Part shown: in pieces, positions 1 through 12,214 of the stretch
Position numbering within the stretch: the first letter of the stretch is position 1
Layout of the letters: each line of letters starts with the position of its first letter
Origin: Octopus vulgaris
Taxonomy: Eukaryota
Direction of reading: 5' to 3'
Assembly: GCA_951406725.2 (NCBI GenBank)
Contig: OX597838.1
Coordinates: 22,382,001-22,446,000 of the forward strand
DNA length: 64,000 nt
Notes under the pieces: model-generated
Databases searched by the model: none
What the model saw: the letters and a program-made list of their open reading frames with translations, nothing else
What the model was told of the DNA's origin: nothing
Made by a program: the position numbers and the translations under genes

Positions 1-153
1 ATACATACGTATATGGATATGTGTACGTGTGTGTGTGTATATGTGTGTTTGTGTGTGTGCGGCTGTATCTGTGTGTGCCTGTGTGTGTTTGTGTATAAAA
101 GATATAGATACATAGATAGATAGATATACACACACATACACACACACACACAG

Positions 154-184
<31 letters not shown>

Positions 185-207
185 CATACATATATATATA
201 TATTTAC

Positions 208-242
<35 letters not shown>

Positions 243-716
243 CATATATATATACATATATATATATGCACATACATACATATACATTGATGTTGATATT
301 GATGTGTATACGTACACACATGAATAAAATTTTGTTGTTTACTCTTCATAACGCACTATTTTTAGACGTTCAGGGAGACAGTTATCAGTTCGTAAACTGT
401 TGAAGATCTTAAGCTTCAACAATAGCGCATAGCAGTCACTGAGAGAGATATTATGTCGCTGAAAAATACAGGGTTGGCCAAATATCTCCTGACAGTAAAT
501 CAAAACCATATCTAATTCCAAGATTTATTTATGTTTAACAAATTTGTGGCGTAGGAGTGGCAGTGTTGTAAGTAGCTTGCTTGCTTACTAACTACATGGT
601 TCTGGCTTCAGTCCCACTGCGTGACACCTTGGGCAAGTGTCTTCTACTAAAGCCTCGGGCCGAATAAAGCCTTGTGAGTGGATTTGGTAGACGGAAACTG
701 AAAGAAGCCCGTCGTA

Positions 717-787
<71 letters not shown>

Positions 788-790
<3 letters not shown>

Positions 791-975
791 GAAAGAATGG
801 AGTTGAACGACGAATTAACAAAATTCCTTTATTTTGATTTTGACATATGTTTCGAAGGCTGCATATTCCTAATTTCGAAGGAATAAGGGGTGCATTATGC
901 CGCCTTCTCATCAGGAAAAGTAAGGAACTTATGTCAGCATCCAGATGCACAAAAACTTTTCATTCAACTACTCAA
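788..975 (-). mobile_element. Short Penelope-terminus-like element carrying a hammerhead ribozyme, nested in the TA tract of a SINE A
   Basis: Complex sequence bounded by (TA)n; homologous to 8621-8756; contains the hammerhead at 826-925. Confidence 0.7.
826..925 (-). ncRNA. Minimal type I hammerhead ribozyme motif
   Basis: Minus strand: CUUUUC-CUGAUGA(914-908)-GAAGGCgGCAUA...UAUGCaGCCUUC-GAAA(853-850)-CAUAUG-UC; palindromic stem III, GUC triplet; stem I imperfect in this copy. Confidence 0.75.
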
Positions 976-1508
976 TTATATATATATATATATGTATGTA
1001 TGTATGTACGTATGTATGTATGTATGTATGTATGTATGTATGTATGTATGTATGTATGTATGTATGTATGTGTGTGTGTGTGTATATGTTTTTGTGTCAG
1101 TGTTAATCCCCCCCCAACATCACTTGACAACCGATGCTGGTGTGTTTACGTCCCCGTATCTTAGTGGTTCGGGCAAAAAAGAGACCGATAGAATAAGTAC
1201 TAGGCCTACAAAGAATAAGTCCTGGGGGTCGATTTGCTCGACTTAAGAGCGGTGCTCCAGCATGACTACACTCAAATGACTGAAACAAGTAAGAGTAAAA
1301 GACTAGATGAATGAATTTAATAAAAGCATCTAAATATGAAACGTAATAGAAATTGTTCAAACCGAAGTTCTTTTTGAACGACAGATTTTTTTCCATTCGA
1401 GTCAATACTGAATTACAGATAGTACTTATGGAATTTGTATATACTGTTGGGTGACTTCTGGTGAAACCTGTATATCATTCTTTTTCTAATTGCTATAGAT
1501 ACATATGT

Positions 1509-1890
1509 GGGGGCGCAAAGGCCCAGTGGTTAGGGCAGCGGACTCGCGGTTCATAGGATCGCGGTTTCGATTCCCAGACCGGGCGTTGTGAGTGTTTATT
1601 GAGCGAAAACACCTAAAGCTCCACGAGGCTCCGGCAGGGGATGGTGGTGATCCCTGCTGTACTCTTTCACCACAACTTTCTCTCACTCTTACTTCCTGTT
1701 TCTGTTGTACCTGTATTGCAATGGGCCGGCCTTGTCACTCTCTGTGTCACGCTGAATATCTCCGAGAACTACGTTAAGGGTACACGTGTCTGTGGAGTGC
1801 TCAGCCACTTACACGTTAATTTCACGAGCAGGCTGTTCCGTTGATTCGGATCAACCGGAACCCTCATCGTCGTAACCGACGGAGTGCTTA
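1509..1890 (+). mobile_element. tRNA-derived SINE family C, full length
   Basis: A-box-like GGCCCAGTGG and B-box-like GGTTTCGATTCC; near-identical to 47464-47848; flanked by duplication TAGATACATATGTG (1496-1509 / 1895-1908). Confidence 0.9.
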
Positions 1891-1909
1891 CCCTTAGATA
1901 CATATGTGT

Positions 1910-2165
1910 GGAGGCGAGTGGCTTAGTGGTTAGGGTGTCAGCATCGTGATCGTAAGATTATGGTTTCGATTCCTGGATCGATCGATACGTTGTGTTCTTG
2001 AGCAAAACACTTCATTTCACGTTGCTCCAGTCCACTCAGCTGGCAAAAATTAGTAACGCTGCGATGGACTGGTGTCCCGTCCAGCTGGGGAACACATACG
2101 TCATAGAAACCGGGAATCCGGGCCCATGAGCCTGGCTAGGCTTTAAAAGGGCGCATTTATTTTAT
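1910..2165 (+). mobile_element. tRNA-derived SINE family D
   Basis: A box TGGCTTAGTGG, B-box-like GGTTTCGATTCC, body GTGTTCTTGAGCAAAACACTT and CTGCGATGGACTGGTGTCCCGTCCAG (recalled as conserved SINE central-domain motifs), (TTTA)n tail; related head at 50294-50420. Confidence 0.8.
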
Positions 2166-2209
2166 TATTTTATAAATACATATGTATGTATTGGTAATAA
2201 TGCATTGAA

Positions 2210-2490
2210 ATCGTAGAATCATTAACACGGCAATTTTTCCGGCTTTTCCGAGTTCAAATTCCACCAAGGTCAACTTCCACAAAGTTTCCGTCTAGCAAAT
2301 TCACTCAGAGGTTATTTCTTAAACCAGGTCTATAAAAAAAAGACATTTATCCAATCGACTTTGCCTTTCATCCTTTCGGGGTGTCGATTAAATAAGTATC
2401 AGTTAGTCACTGGGGTCGATGTAATCGACTTAATACCTCTGTCTGTCCTTGTTTACTCCCTCTATGTTTAGCCCCCTGTGGGCAATAAAG

Positions 2491-2495
<5 letters not shown>
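2210..2495 (+). mobile_element. SINE family B (Nin/Deu-like central domain) with Tx1-LINE-like tail, rearranged
   Basis: GAGTTCAAATTCC B box; GACTTTGCCTTTCATCCTTTCGGGG..TCGAT..AATAAGTA core; tail TGTTTAGCCCC.TGTGGGCAATAAAGAAA. Confidence 0.8.
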
Positions 2496-2552
<57 letters not shown>

Positions 2553-2555
<3 letters not shown>

Positions 2556-2740
2556 AGAATTCACAAAAAAGTACAAAAGATGAAGACGGGTGGTGTAGAC
2601 AACAAACAGATGTATTAGTATAATGCTCGGGAAGTGAAAAAGTCTTTAAAGTTTCGAGCTTAAGCTCTTCCACAGAAAGATGCACAGAAAGAAACAAGGG
2701 GAGAAAATAAAGAATGTGTAGTGGCTAGCGATCTAACAAA
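2553..2740 (-). mobile_element. Short repeat with variant hammerhead-like fold (family of 18378-18612)
   Basis: Reverse complement aligns to 18420-18605; UCUUU-CUGUGGAA-GAGCuuaaGCUC-GAAACUUU-AAAGA. Confidence 0.65.
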
Positions 2741-2840
2741 GTAAAGTTGTAAGATTGGGGGGGGGGGCGCTTGTTTTGTACACAGAGAACTAAGTGACCA
2801 CTAACATTTTCTTATTATTATCAAAGAATGTATATATGTA

Positions 2841-2904
<64 letters not shown>

Positions 2905-2907
<3 letters not shown>

Positions 2908-3058
2908 GACGGATTTCTTTCAGTTTCCGTCTACCAAATCCACTCACAGGGCTTTGGTTGGCCCGAGGCTATAACAGGAGATAACTGCCTAAGGTGTCAC
3001 GCAGTAGGACTGAACCCAGAACCATGTGGTCGAGATGCAAGCTTCTTATCACTCAGCC
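2905..3058 (-). mobile_element. SINE A 5' half, diverged
   Basis: Reverse complement matches the SINE A head (TTTCAGTTTCCGTCTACCAAATCCACTCAC...GACTGAACCCAGAACCATGTGG). Confidence 0.8.
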
Positions 3059-3409
3059 TAAACAAAAAATTTTGCTCTAATACCAGCAGGTAAACATTTT
3101 ATCTCTCTATCTCGAAAAGAATCCTACAATGGCAGTTACACGGCATTCATACCCACCCCGATTAACTGAAAGTAACCCCAGTCAAGTAACCCATTAACAC
3201 ACCAGCCTACCAGTTCTTTGACAACACTCTTTGATGCAGTTTTTAGTTATAATTAAAACTTAATGGAGCGGAAGTGAAACATTCGTGAGTTGAAAACCGC
3301 AAAATCACTCAAGCGTGGAGTTCATTGTTCTGGAGAGAAAGTGACGGATATGATTCGGATACTTTGAGTTTATCATTATAATCATTATCCATCAATAGGT
3401 CCGTCTGTT

Positions 3410-3767
3410 CGTCTGTCTCTCCCTCTCTTCATCTCCCTCACTCTATCCCTCTCTCTATCTCTCTCTCTCTCTATGTATGTATCTATCTATCTGTCTTCGC
3501 TCCCTCTTTCTCACCCGCTCTTCTACTCACTCTCACTCACTTTGTCTCTCCCACTCACTCTCCTTCTCACTTCCTCACCCTCTTTCTCCCCTCTTTCCCA
3601 CTCTCTCTCTCTCCTTGGCTGCCTCTTTCTCTCTCTCTTTATCTACTTCTCTCCCTCCTTATCTACTTCTCTCTCTATCTGCTTCTCTTTACCCTCTTTC
3701 TCTTCATCTATTTCTCACCCTCTCTCTATCTCCCTGTCTCTATCCCCTCTTTCCTTATCTCCCTCTT

Positions 3768-3805
<38 letters not shown>

Positions 3806-4135
3806 TCTCTTACTTTCTTACCCTCACCCTGTCCCTCTCAGTCTATCCCTCCTCTGTCTCTCTCCCTCGCCCTCCCAATTTCTCTCCTTTTTACTTACTC
3901 TTTTTGTCTCCTTATTTGACTTTTATTTTCTCTCCCTTTCTTTCCCTCAATCTCTCTCTCTCTCTCTCTCTCTCGGCATTTCTCCTCTCTGCCTCTCCTT
4001 TCTCTTTTGCTCTTTCTTTACTCCTCTCTCCCTCTATATCTCTCTCTCGCAGCAGCTCTCCTTCTCTCTGACTCTCCTCTCTCTTTTTCTCTCTCTTTAA
4101 CTATTCCACTCTCTCACTCTCTCTCTCTCACACAC
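3410..4135. repeat. Degenerate (CT)n polypyrimidine tract
   Basis: About 700 bp almost entirely C/T. Confidence 0.95.
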
Positions 4136-4796
4136 ACAAGGCTTGCATCTACATGAAACTATGGTAAAGACACGCGTGCAAGATTCCGCGCAACCAGTTT
4201 GAAACTAGGAACTCAAGCATTCAATGGAGAAGCAGAGAGGAGAAATGCCGAGAGAGAGGGAGAGAGGGGGAGAGAGAGAAAGGGAGAGCGAATAAAAGTC
4301 AAATAAAAGTACTGGGGCAGCCGAACATTATAACTCGTAAAAATCACCAGTTGTAATTGTCAAGACCCTGAAGCTGGCTCACTTGACCAGACCTGTAGGA
4401 TAAAATCCGTCATATATGAGGCAAAAATAACAGCAACGGTTAAGCTAACTTAATTGAAAAGAAGAATTATATCGGGTAATGTGAAGGCACTTTCAAACAA
4501 CGTTGTGCAAACCACCTAACTTCTTTCCAGCACATCGTCAAAAGTAATATGATTACCAACGCCACACCACATACGATCAAGTGGAGAATCGCAGAGAAAT
4601 CGAAGCCATATGTTAGTGGATCTAAGAAATTCAACTTTTGCGTAGGAAAAAGATCTCATATTCTCTCTTAGATCCAGGAATCCCAACATGTTGCTTAATT
4701 GCAGATCTGATCTGAAAATTTTAGCAGTTGCAAACACATGGAAAGGTTTCTCACGCACATCACACACATATATTTGTGTGTGTGTATATGTGTTGT

Positions 4797-4847
<51 letters not shown>

Positions 4848-4959
4848 CCCGTCGACCCTCTCACCGATATTTTCTATTTCGATTCAACCTGAGACTGAAA
4901 TAACGAGGTTCCAATGCGTAAACTTTCCAGGTAGACGGTGAAACATTTTTAGCAACAGG

Positions 4960-5470
<511 letters not shown>

Positions 5471-6023
5471 TAATGCATTAAATTTGCCGGAACATTAACA
5501 ACGACACCCAGAGAGTTGAAAGATTTCTATTTAACGAGAGTTTTTAATTTGTATCTTAATGAGAAAGCTGATTCGGTTTGGGCCCTGAATTTTCCTGGGG
5601 AAGCTCAAAGATGGATGATAGATGAGATAAATTATATAGCAGTTCTATTATTATTTACCTGTAATTCTAGCATATAATTTGGTTCTTGGCTAAATTCAAG
5701 GATGGAAAATATTTTTCTTATCATCGAATAAGTGGTATAAAACAATGGCAATTTCTTCGTACGTCATTCTTCAAATTCTTCAAATATGAATATCTTAAAC
5801 TAAATCAGTGTATGATTTAAAATTTCCCATAATAGATAAACTGTTGCATTTAGATATCAAAGAATTATCTGATTAGGAATTAATTAAACTTTGAGTTGAA
5901 GGGAATAGAATCTGAAACTTTATGGAGAATCACATCACGTGGAGGTTTCGCATGTTCGTCGCTTGGAACCCATCGTTTTGTGAATTTCAAAACAAGTCTT
6001 AAGTTTGGAATTAATCCAGAACA

Positions 6024-6262
6024 TGGGCGCATGAGTGGCTGTGTGGTATTTGTTAGCACGCCTGGCGAAATGCGTAGCCGTATTTCGTCTGCCGTTACGT
6101 TCTGAGTTCAAATTCCGCCGATTCGACTTTGCCTTTCATCCTTTTGGGGTCGATAAATTAAGTACCAGTTACGCACTGGGGTCAGTGTAATTGACTTGAT
6201 CCGTTTGTCTGTCCTTGTTTGTCCCCTCTGTGTTTAGCCCCTTGTGGGTAGTAAAGAAATAA
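6024..6262 (+). mobile_element. SINE B with SINE-A-like first ~25 nt and Tx1-like tail
   Basis: GGGCGCATGAGTGGCTGTGTGGTA, then SINE B body GTTAGCACG..GAAATGCGTAGCCG..GAGTTCAAATTCCGCCG, Nin-like core, tail GTGTTTAGCCCCTTGTGGGTAGTAAAGAAA. Confidence 0.85.
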
Positions 6263-6340
6263 GTATAAAGTATGCTTCCCAAGAGGCTTAGCGTCTCATT
6301 TTGTTATTGAATTTTGTTATTAAATATTGTGAACAGTGTA

Positions 6341-6515
6341 GGCGCAGGAGTGGCTGTGTGGTAAGTAGCTTGCTTACCAACCACATGGTTCTGGGTTCAT
6401 CTCCACTACGTGGCACCTTGGGCAAGTGTCTTCTACTGTAGCGTCGGGCCGACCAAAGCTTTGTGAGTGGATTTGGTGGACGGAAACTGAAAGAGGCCAG
6501 TCGTATATATGTATA
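6341..6515 (+). mobile_element. SINE A 5' half
   Basis: GGCGCAGGAGTGGCTGTGTGG...GAAACTGAAAGAGGCCAGTCG. Confidence 0.9.
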
Positions 6516-6706
6516 CTTGTTTCAGTCATTTGGCTGCGGCCATGCTGGAGCACCGCCTTTAGTCAAGCAAACTGACCCCAGGACTTATTCTTTGTAAGCT
6601 CAGTACTTATTCTATCGGTCTCTTTTGCCGAACCGCTAGATTACGGGGATGTAAACACACCAGCATCGGTTGTCAAGCTATGTGGGGGGAACACATACAC
6701 ACACAT

Positions 6707-6753
<47 letters not shown>

Positions 6754-6915
6754 ACGGGCTTCTTTCAGTTTCCTTCTACCAAATCCACTCACAAGGCTTT
6801 GGTCGACCCAAGGCTATAGTAGAAGACACTGGCCCAAGGTGCCACGCAGTGGGACTGAACCCGGAACCATGTGTTTAGTAAGCAAGCTACTTACCACACA
6901 GCCACCCCCTGCACC
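6516..6915 (-). mobile_element. SINE A, full length
   Basis: Reverse complement of both SINE A halves with internal (CA)/(TA) tract. Confidence 0.9.
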
Positions 6916-7839
6916 TATATATATATATATAGCTGTGTGGAAAACCGTCGTATATATATATATATATATATATATACGACGGTTTTCCACACAGCTTCTA
7001 GCTACCAGATTCATTCGCAAGGTAATAATCGGCCCGAGGCTATAGCAGAATGTGCTAGGCTACGGTGCCTCGCAGTGGAACTGAAGCCAAAACTACACGG
7101 TTGGAAAACGAATTTTTTAACCCGACAGCCGTGCCTGCTCCTAATTCTGCGTCAACTGTTCAAACAAACTAATTTTCCCTTTACAGTTTCAAACTTGAAA
7201 CATAGCTTAGTATTAACAACCAAAATTCCCAAATCGTATAACAATTTCTGATCTTCTAATTCCTCTAATTGGAATGCCTTTAACGTCTGCGAAGAGATTC
7301 CCTTCATCTTGCAACTCATTACTCTCTTCCTTTCCTCAGGGAACGTCAAATTGGTAAAATTATTCTCTATAGTAGCTTCGGAATCTTTCAAAGCTTCTGC
7401 AAATTCTCTGCTTTTCTTTCATGTTTTACTGGCTTCAGCCTGAAGTTGAGGTCATGCTAGAGCACCAGTACATTTAGTTACCACTGTTATTATATTGATT
7501 CACTCTTTTCAAGGGATGTACACAAATATATAGTAGTGACAGAGGCTGTATTAATACCGAGAGCTAATCTTTATCCCTACTTAAACATATATGTTCTGTT
7601 AGAACAAGCTATACTGCGCTAGACACCACGAGAGAAAAACCCATAATGGCTTTTGTTGCAAAATGCACACTTGTTTATATCGCTAGTGGGGACCTCTGGG
7701 TACGAATAGATGCTGTTGGTGGGGGAGACATTGATGTGAAGAAGTCATTGATTGGCTTTTAGGGTTAAGGTCAAGCAACTGATGAGCAAATATGTGCAAC
7801 TGAGCAGTTTTGTTACAGAGTCTTATTCCCTCTATCCTT

Positions 7840-7990
7840 CTCTGCCCACTATTCCTGGAAGGGTCATGTATGTAGATTCCGCGGACACATCCTCTAAAAA
7901 GGGTCCTATCAGAAGCAACCATCACTACATCTTCCGGCTGGATTCTCAATCAGGACCAACTGAAACTATGATCCATACATCTCGTTCTTA
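7840..7990 (-). mobile_element. Possible RTE-clade LINE C-terminal remnant
   Basis: Minus translation RIQPEDVVMVASDRTLFRGCVRG resembles the A.DR..WR..V end of RTE ORFs. Confidence 0.4.
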
Positions 7991-8027
7991 GTCTACTCCG
8001 ATCTCTCTTGCCTAGATATATATATAT

Positions 8028-8300
8028 CTAGGATCGCGGTTTCGATTCCCAGACCGGGCGTTGTGAGTGTTTATTGAGCAAAAACACCTAAAGCTCCACG
8101 AGTCTCCGGTAGGGGGGGGGGCGATGCCTGGTGTACTCTTTCGCCACAACTTTCTCTCACTCTTTCTTCTGTTGACCTGCCCGCTTAGCCAAGCGGGGTG
8201 GCGTCATTTGAAGGCTAAAACAATGCGAAACGCATTGTGACCAGCGATGTGTAGCAACATCTGATAGCCTGGTCGATCACGGTCAAGGTCAAGGTGACGG
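8028..8300 (+). mobile_element. SINE C variant, 5'-truncated, with an alternative 3' tail
   Basis: Matches the SINE C body up to CTCTCACTCTTTCTTC, then switches to tail CCTGC.CGCTTAGCCA.GCGGGGTGGCGTCAT...GTGACCAGCGATGTGTA, also seen at 61219-61335. Confidence 0.85.
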
Positions 8301-8530
8301 ATATATATATATATATATATATAAATAATACATTTCAAAGTCTCTCTGAGAGATTTATACAGCAGCAGCACAATAAAGTGATGGTATGTTGTCAACTTAA
8401 TGTGACAGTCACATGAAAGGGAAAAGTGCTACTGTTATTTAGCCCTAGGAAACGCCGATTCCTGTTGGCCTTGACACATTTCCTGTTCAAGGAACATACA
8501 TATATACATACATATATATATATATGTATA

Positions 8531-8588
<58 letters not shown>

Positions 8589-8620
8589 GTAGTTGAATGA
8601 ATTATCCTAGTATGGATAAT

Positions 8621-8750
8621 TCAGGAAAGACAAGGAACTTATGTCAGCATCATGATGAACAAAATCTTTTAGATAAAAATTAGGAATATGCAGTCTTCGA
8701 AACATGTCGAGAATAAAGGAATTTTGTTAAATCGTCGTTCAACTCCATTC

Positions 8751-8756
<6 letters not shown>
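8621..8756. mobile_element. Second, internally inverted copy of the 788-975 hammerhead element
   Basis: 8621-8670 matches 911-960 in direct orientation; 8676-8756 is the reverse complement of 789-874 and has GAAACAUGUC-GAGAAUAAAGG. Confidence 0.75.
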
Positions 8757-8820
<64 letters not shown>

Positions 8821-8858
8821 TATATACGTACATAGATACACACAGACACATGCACGTA

Positions 8859-9066
8859 TCCGGGTGCTGAAAAGGGCCTAGCTTAAGGTAAAAGGAAATA
8901 CCGGAGGATCAGTTAATTACGATTTTATTCAGCATATCCCCCTCTCAGATTTTTCAAACTTATTGCAGCGGTCCTTCGGTTTTTCTAGGCCTTGTAAAAG
9001 AACTCGGAAGGTTGAGCAGGCCTTTCGCGATACCCTTAAGGCCAGGTATTTTTTAGCCCCCTCTCG
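8859..9066. mobile_element. Mariner-type MITE
   Basis: Imperfect TIRs GGGTGCTGAAAAG.GCCT.GCTTAAGGTA / TACCCTTAAGGCCAGGTATTTTTTAGCCCCCTCTCG followed by TA. Confidence 0.7.
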
Positions 9067-9730
9067 TACACCAGCACATTACGTGGTTTTCTGTGTTGTC
9101 AATGCTTGTAAGCATCCACTCTAAAAAAAAAATGGCTGGCATGATTTGTAACCAGATTCAGCTCTGCACCTGGAGAATGACGGTAAATGCCTTCACAGCA
9201 TGGCGGACTTCGAAGAGACGAACAAAACGTTGCAGCATACATTGATATATTAATATACGCTGTAGTTGATATAGCTAACTTTATACTAAATCAGAAATTG
9301 TGCAGATGCTTGTAAGACGTGCGGAAGAAGAAAGTGGAGAAGAAAGCAGTGATGGAAATGAGAAATAGATGCAGAGAAAAGTATCATCTGCATTGAGAGA
9401 TTAATTCCGCTGACAGATGAAGAGCTAAAAGGTCTAGAACAACGCAGTTTTATAACTGAGCAAGCGATAATGGACGTTGACATGCTGCTGTATACAATAA
9501 CACGTGCAAGACCGAAACATATGAAACAGCTTAAATTGAAAGACATGTCCACTAAAAATAGTGTAATTGAAGAGTAGACAGTTTTAAAATCCGTTGCTGT
9601 TAAAACTCCACTCACTCGCGTACACAGCCACCACCACCACCACCACCACCATCATTACCAGATTCTCAAGATGGCTGTGCCATTTTTATCGCTAGCTCCT
9701 CGTGCACCAGACATTTTTTTATTTCAAGAG

Positions 9731-9750
9731 GATGATGATGATGGTGGTGG

Positions 9751-9793
<43 letters not shown>

Positions 9794-9824
9794 ATGATGA
9801 TGATTGTGGTGGTGGTGGTGGTGG

Positions 9825-9856
<32 letters not shown>

Positions 9857-9880
9857 GTGAAGGTGATGATGATGATAATG

Positions 9881-9912
<32 letters not shown>

Positions 9913-9972
9913 GATGATGATGGTGATGATGGTGATGATGATGGTGATGATGATGGTGATGATGATGATGAT
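9731..9972. repeat. (GAT)n/(GGT)n microsatellite
   Basis: Direct reading. Confidence 0.95.
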
Positions 9973-10167
9973 ACCCTACAACGTCTAATGTAATTCTGTT
10001 TATGCTAAATTCCAGTTCTTAATTTTCACTGCAACAGAGACGAAGTTCCTTACTTAAGTCAACACAGTTCCTACACCTTCTGTACCTTCTGCTGTACCAT
10101 TTATAATACTGGTACCCTCCCATTTTACCATCTACTACAAACGTACCCTTTTACAGTACCAGGTACT

Positions 10168-10392
10168 CTCTGAAGACCTGGGCAACGACAATAAAGGAGG
10201 ACCTCTCCGAACTATCAGGTCCGCAGGTGGTCGGTCTGCACAGATGGAACCGCGAATGGCCCGCTATCTCCAGTGACCTCGCACGGGACCGTCGAGTGTG
10301 GGCCGCCGTGGTTCGCGATGCCGTCAGGACCAGAGAAGAAGCCGGCTCAACCCGCCCTGGGTGAACGCCGTCACAAGTACAAGTACAAGTAA
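10168..10392 (+). mobile_element. 5'-truncated RTE-clade LINE 3' end with TSD
   Basis: Open frame 10170-10364 LKTWATTIKEDLSELSGPQVVGLHRWNREWPAISSDLARDRRVWAAVVRDAV...RPG*; (CAAGTA)n tail; 13-bp TSD AGTACCAGGTACT at 10155-10167 and 10393-10405. Confidence 0.88.
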
Positions 10393-10914
10393 AGTACCAG
10401 GTACTATAAACGTACCTTTTCAATTACTACAAACGTACCCTTTTACTGTACCAGTCACTATACGTGTTCCATTCTGCAGTGCCAAATGCCAAATTGGTTT
10501 CCTTTCATGAAAAACAATCCGGCGGCATTCAAAATCAATTCGAGAAAATTCTTTATCATACTTTCCTATTTGTACATAGCAACATTTGGTCGTATTTGCA
10601 CTGCAAATTACGCCTATGTGAAAAGTTATTTATTTTATTTCAAGACATTGATTGATTAAACAGAAAGTCTGAGGAGATGTTGGACTGCTGCAAAACAAGC
10701 TTTAGAATGCTTACTTTCCAATAATGTAGTGAAGAATTTCGCTATTGTTCTGACTATTTAGAAAAAAACATAGATCTTCTCGCCTGCGATTCGAGTGTTT
10801 TGTAGGTTTCAAAAACAATCGGTTTGATTTATTGCCCAAGTGCAGTTCGATATTTTTTTTTATATACGCAATTACATTTTGTCTATTCTTAAGCTTTCGT
10901 GTATTTATTTCTTT

Positions 10915-11160
10915 TATTTTTGATCTTTTACTTGTTTCGTTCAGTTGGCTGCGGCCATACTGGGGCACCGCCCTGAAGGGTTTTAATGGAATAAATCGAC
11001 CCCAGGACTTATTCTATTATTATTTTTTTTTTTTAAAGCTTCGTATTTATTTTATTGGTCTGTTTTGCCGAAGCGCTAGATCACGGGGACGTAAACACTT
11101 CGACACAGGTTGTCAAGCAGTAGCGGCGGGTGGGGTGGGGTGGGGAGTTAAACAAGTGCA
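10915..11160 (-). mobile_element. SINE A 3' half, diverged
   Basis: TTTACTTGTTTC...GCGGCCATACTGGGGCACCGCC...TTTTGCCGAA. Confidence 0.8.
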
Positions 11161-11162
11161 AA

Positions 11163-11198
<36 letters not shown>

Positions 11199-11322
11199 AT
11201 ATATCATTAAAGGCATGGAACTGATTATTAAAATTTCGGTTGATAACTGAGGAAGATTTAGGGTCCTTCTGTGTCTGCTCTACGTGCACATTTTTTCAGT
11301 ATTTAAAGCATATATATACATT

Positions 11323-11577
11323 CTTTTATTCTTTTACTTGTTTCAGTCATTTGACTGCGGCCATGTTGGAACACCGCCCTTCATCGAACAAATTGACCCC
11401 ACCACTTAATCTTTGTAAGCCGAGTAGTAGCCATTCTATCGGTCTCTTTTGCCGAACCGCTAGGTGACGGGGGCGTAAACACACCAACACCGGTTGTGGG
11501 GACAAACACAGACACAAATAACAACACACACACACATACATACATACATACATACATGCATGCATGCATGCATGCAT

Positions 11578-11676
<99 letters not shown>

Positions 11677-12085
11677 TACATACATACATACATACATACA
11701 TACATACATACATACATACATACATACATACATACATACATACATACATACATACATACATACATACATACATACATACATACATACATACATACATACA
11801 TACATACATACATACATACATACATACATACATACATACATACATACATACATACATACATACATACATACATACATACATACATACATACATACATACA
11901 TACATACATACATACATACATACATACATACATACATACATACATACATACATACATACATACATACATACATACATACATACATACATACATACATACA
12001 TACATACATACATACATACATACATACATACATACATACATACATACATACATACGAAGCAAACGTCTTACCATACAGCCACGGC
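11323..12085 (-). mobile_element. SINE A with greatly expanded internal (CA)/(CGCA)/(CATA)n tract
   Basis: 3' half at 11323-11520, about 530 bp of microsatellite, head remnant CTTACCATACAGCCAC near 12070. Confidence 0.8.
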
Positions 12086-12214
12086 TTTTTTTTTGGGGTC
12101 TTCCTAATTTTTCTTATATCGTTTTGCATCAATTCAGTTCCTCTCCAGTATACAACAACCGTTCCAATCTTTTTTTTTTTTATTTTTAATTCTGTGAAAT
12201 ATTGAAAGGTCAAA

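Larger units (their letters stand above)
548..1302 (+). mobile_element. tRNA-derived SINE family A (CORE-like), full length, interrupted by a nested hammerhead element
   Basis: Head GGCGTAGGAGTGG with degenerate A/B boxes, CORE-like CACCTTGGGCAAGTG, internal (TA)/(TATG)n tract, 3' half ending GCGGTGCTCCAGCATG...GACTGAAACAAGTAAGAGTAAAAG; more than 15 homologous copies in the window. Confidence 0.9.

Noticed and set aside
11347-12213. ORFs of YIYI/VCVC/HTHT/MYVC or poly-amino-acid type here and throughout the window
   Set aside because: Microsatellite translations.
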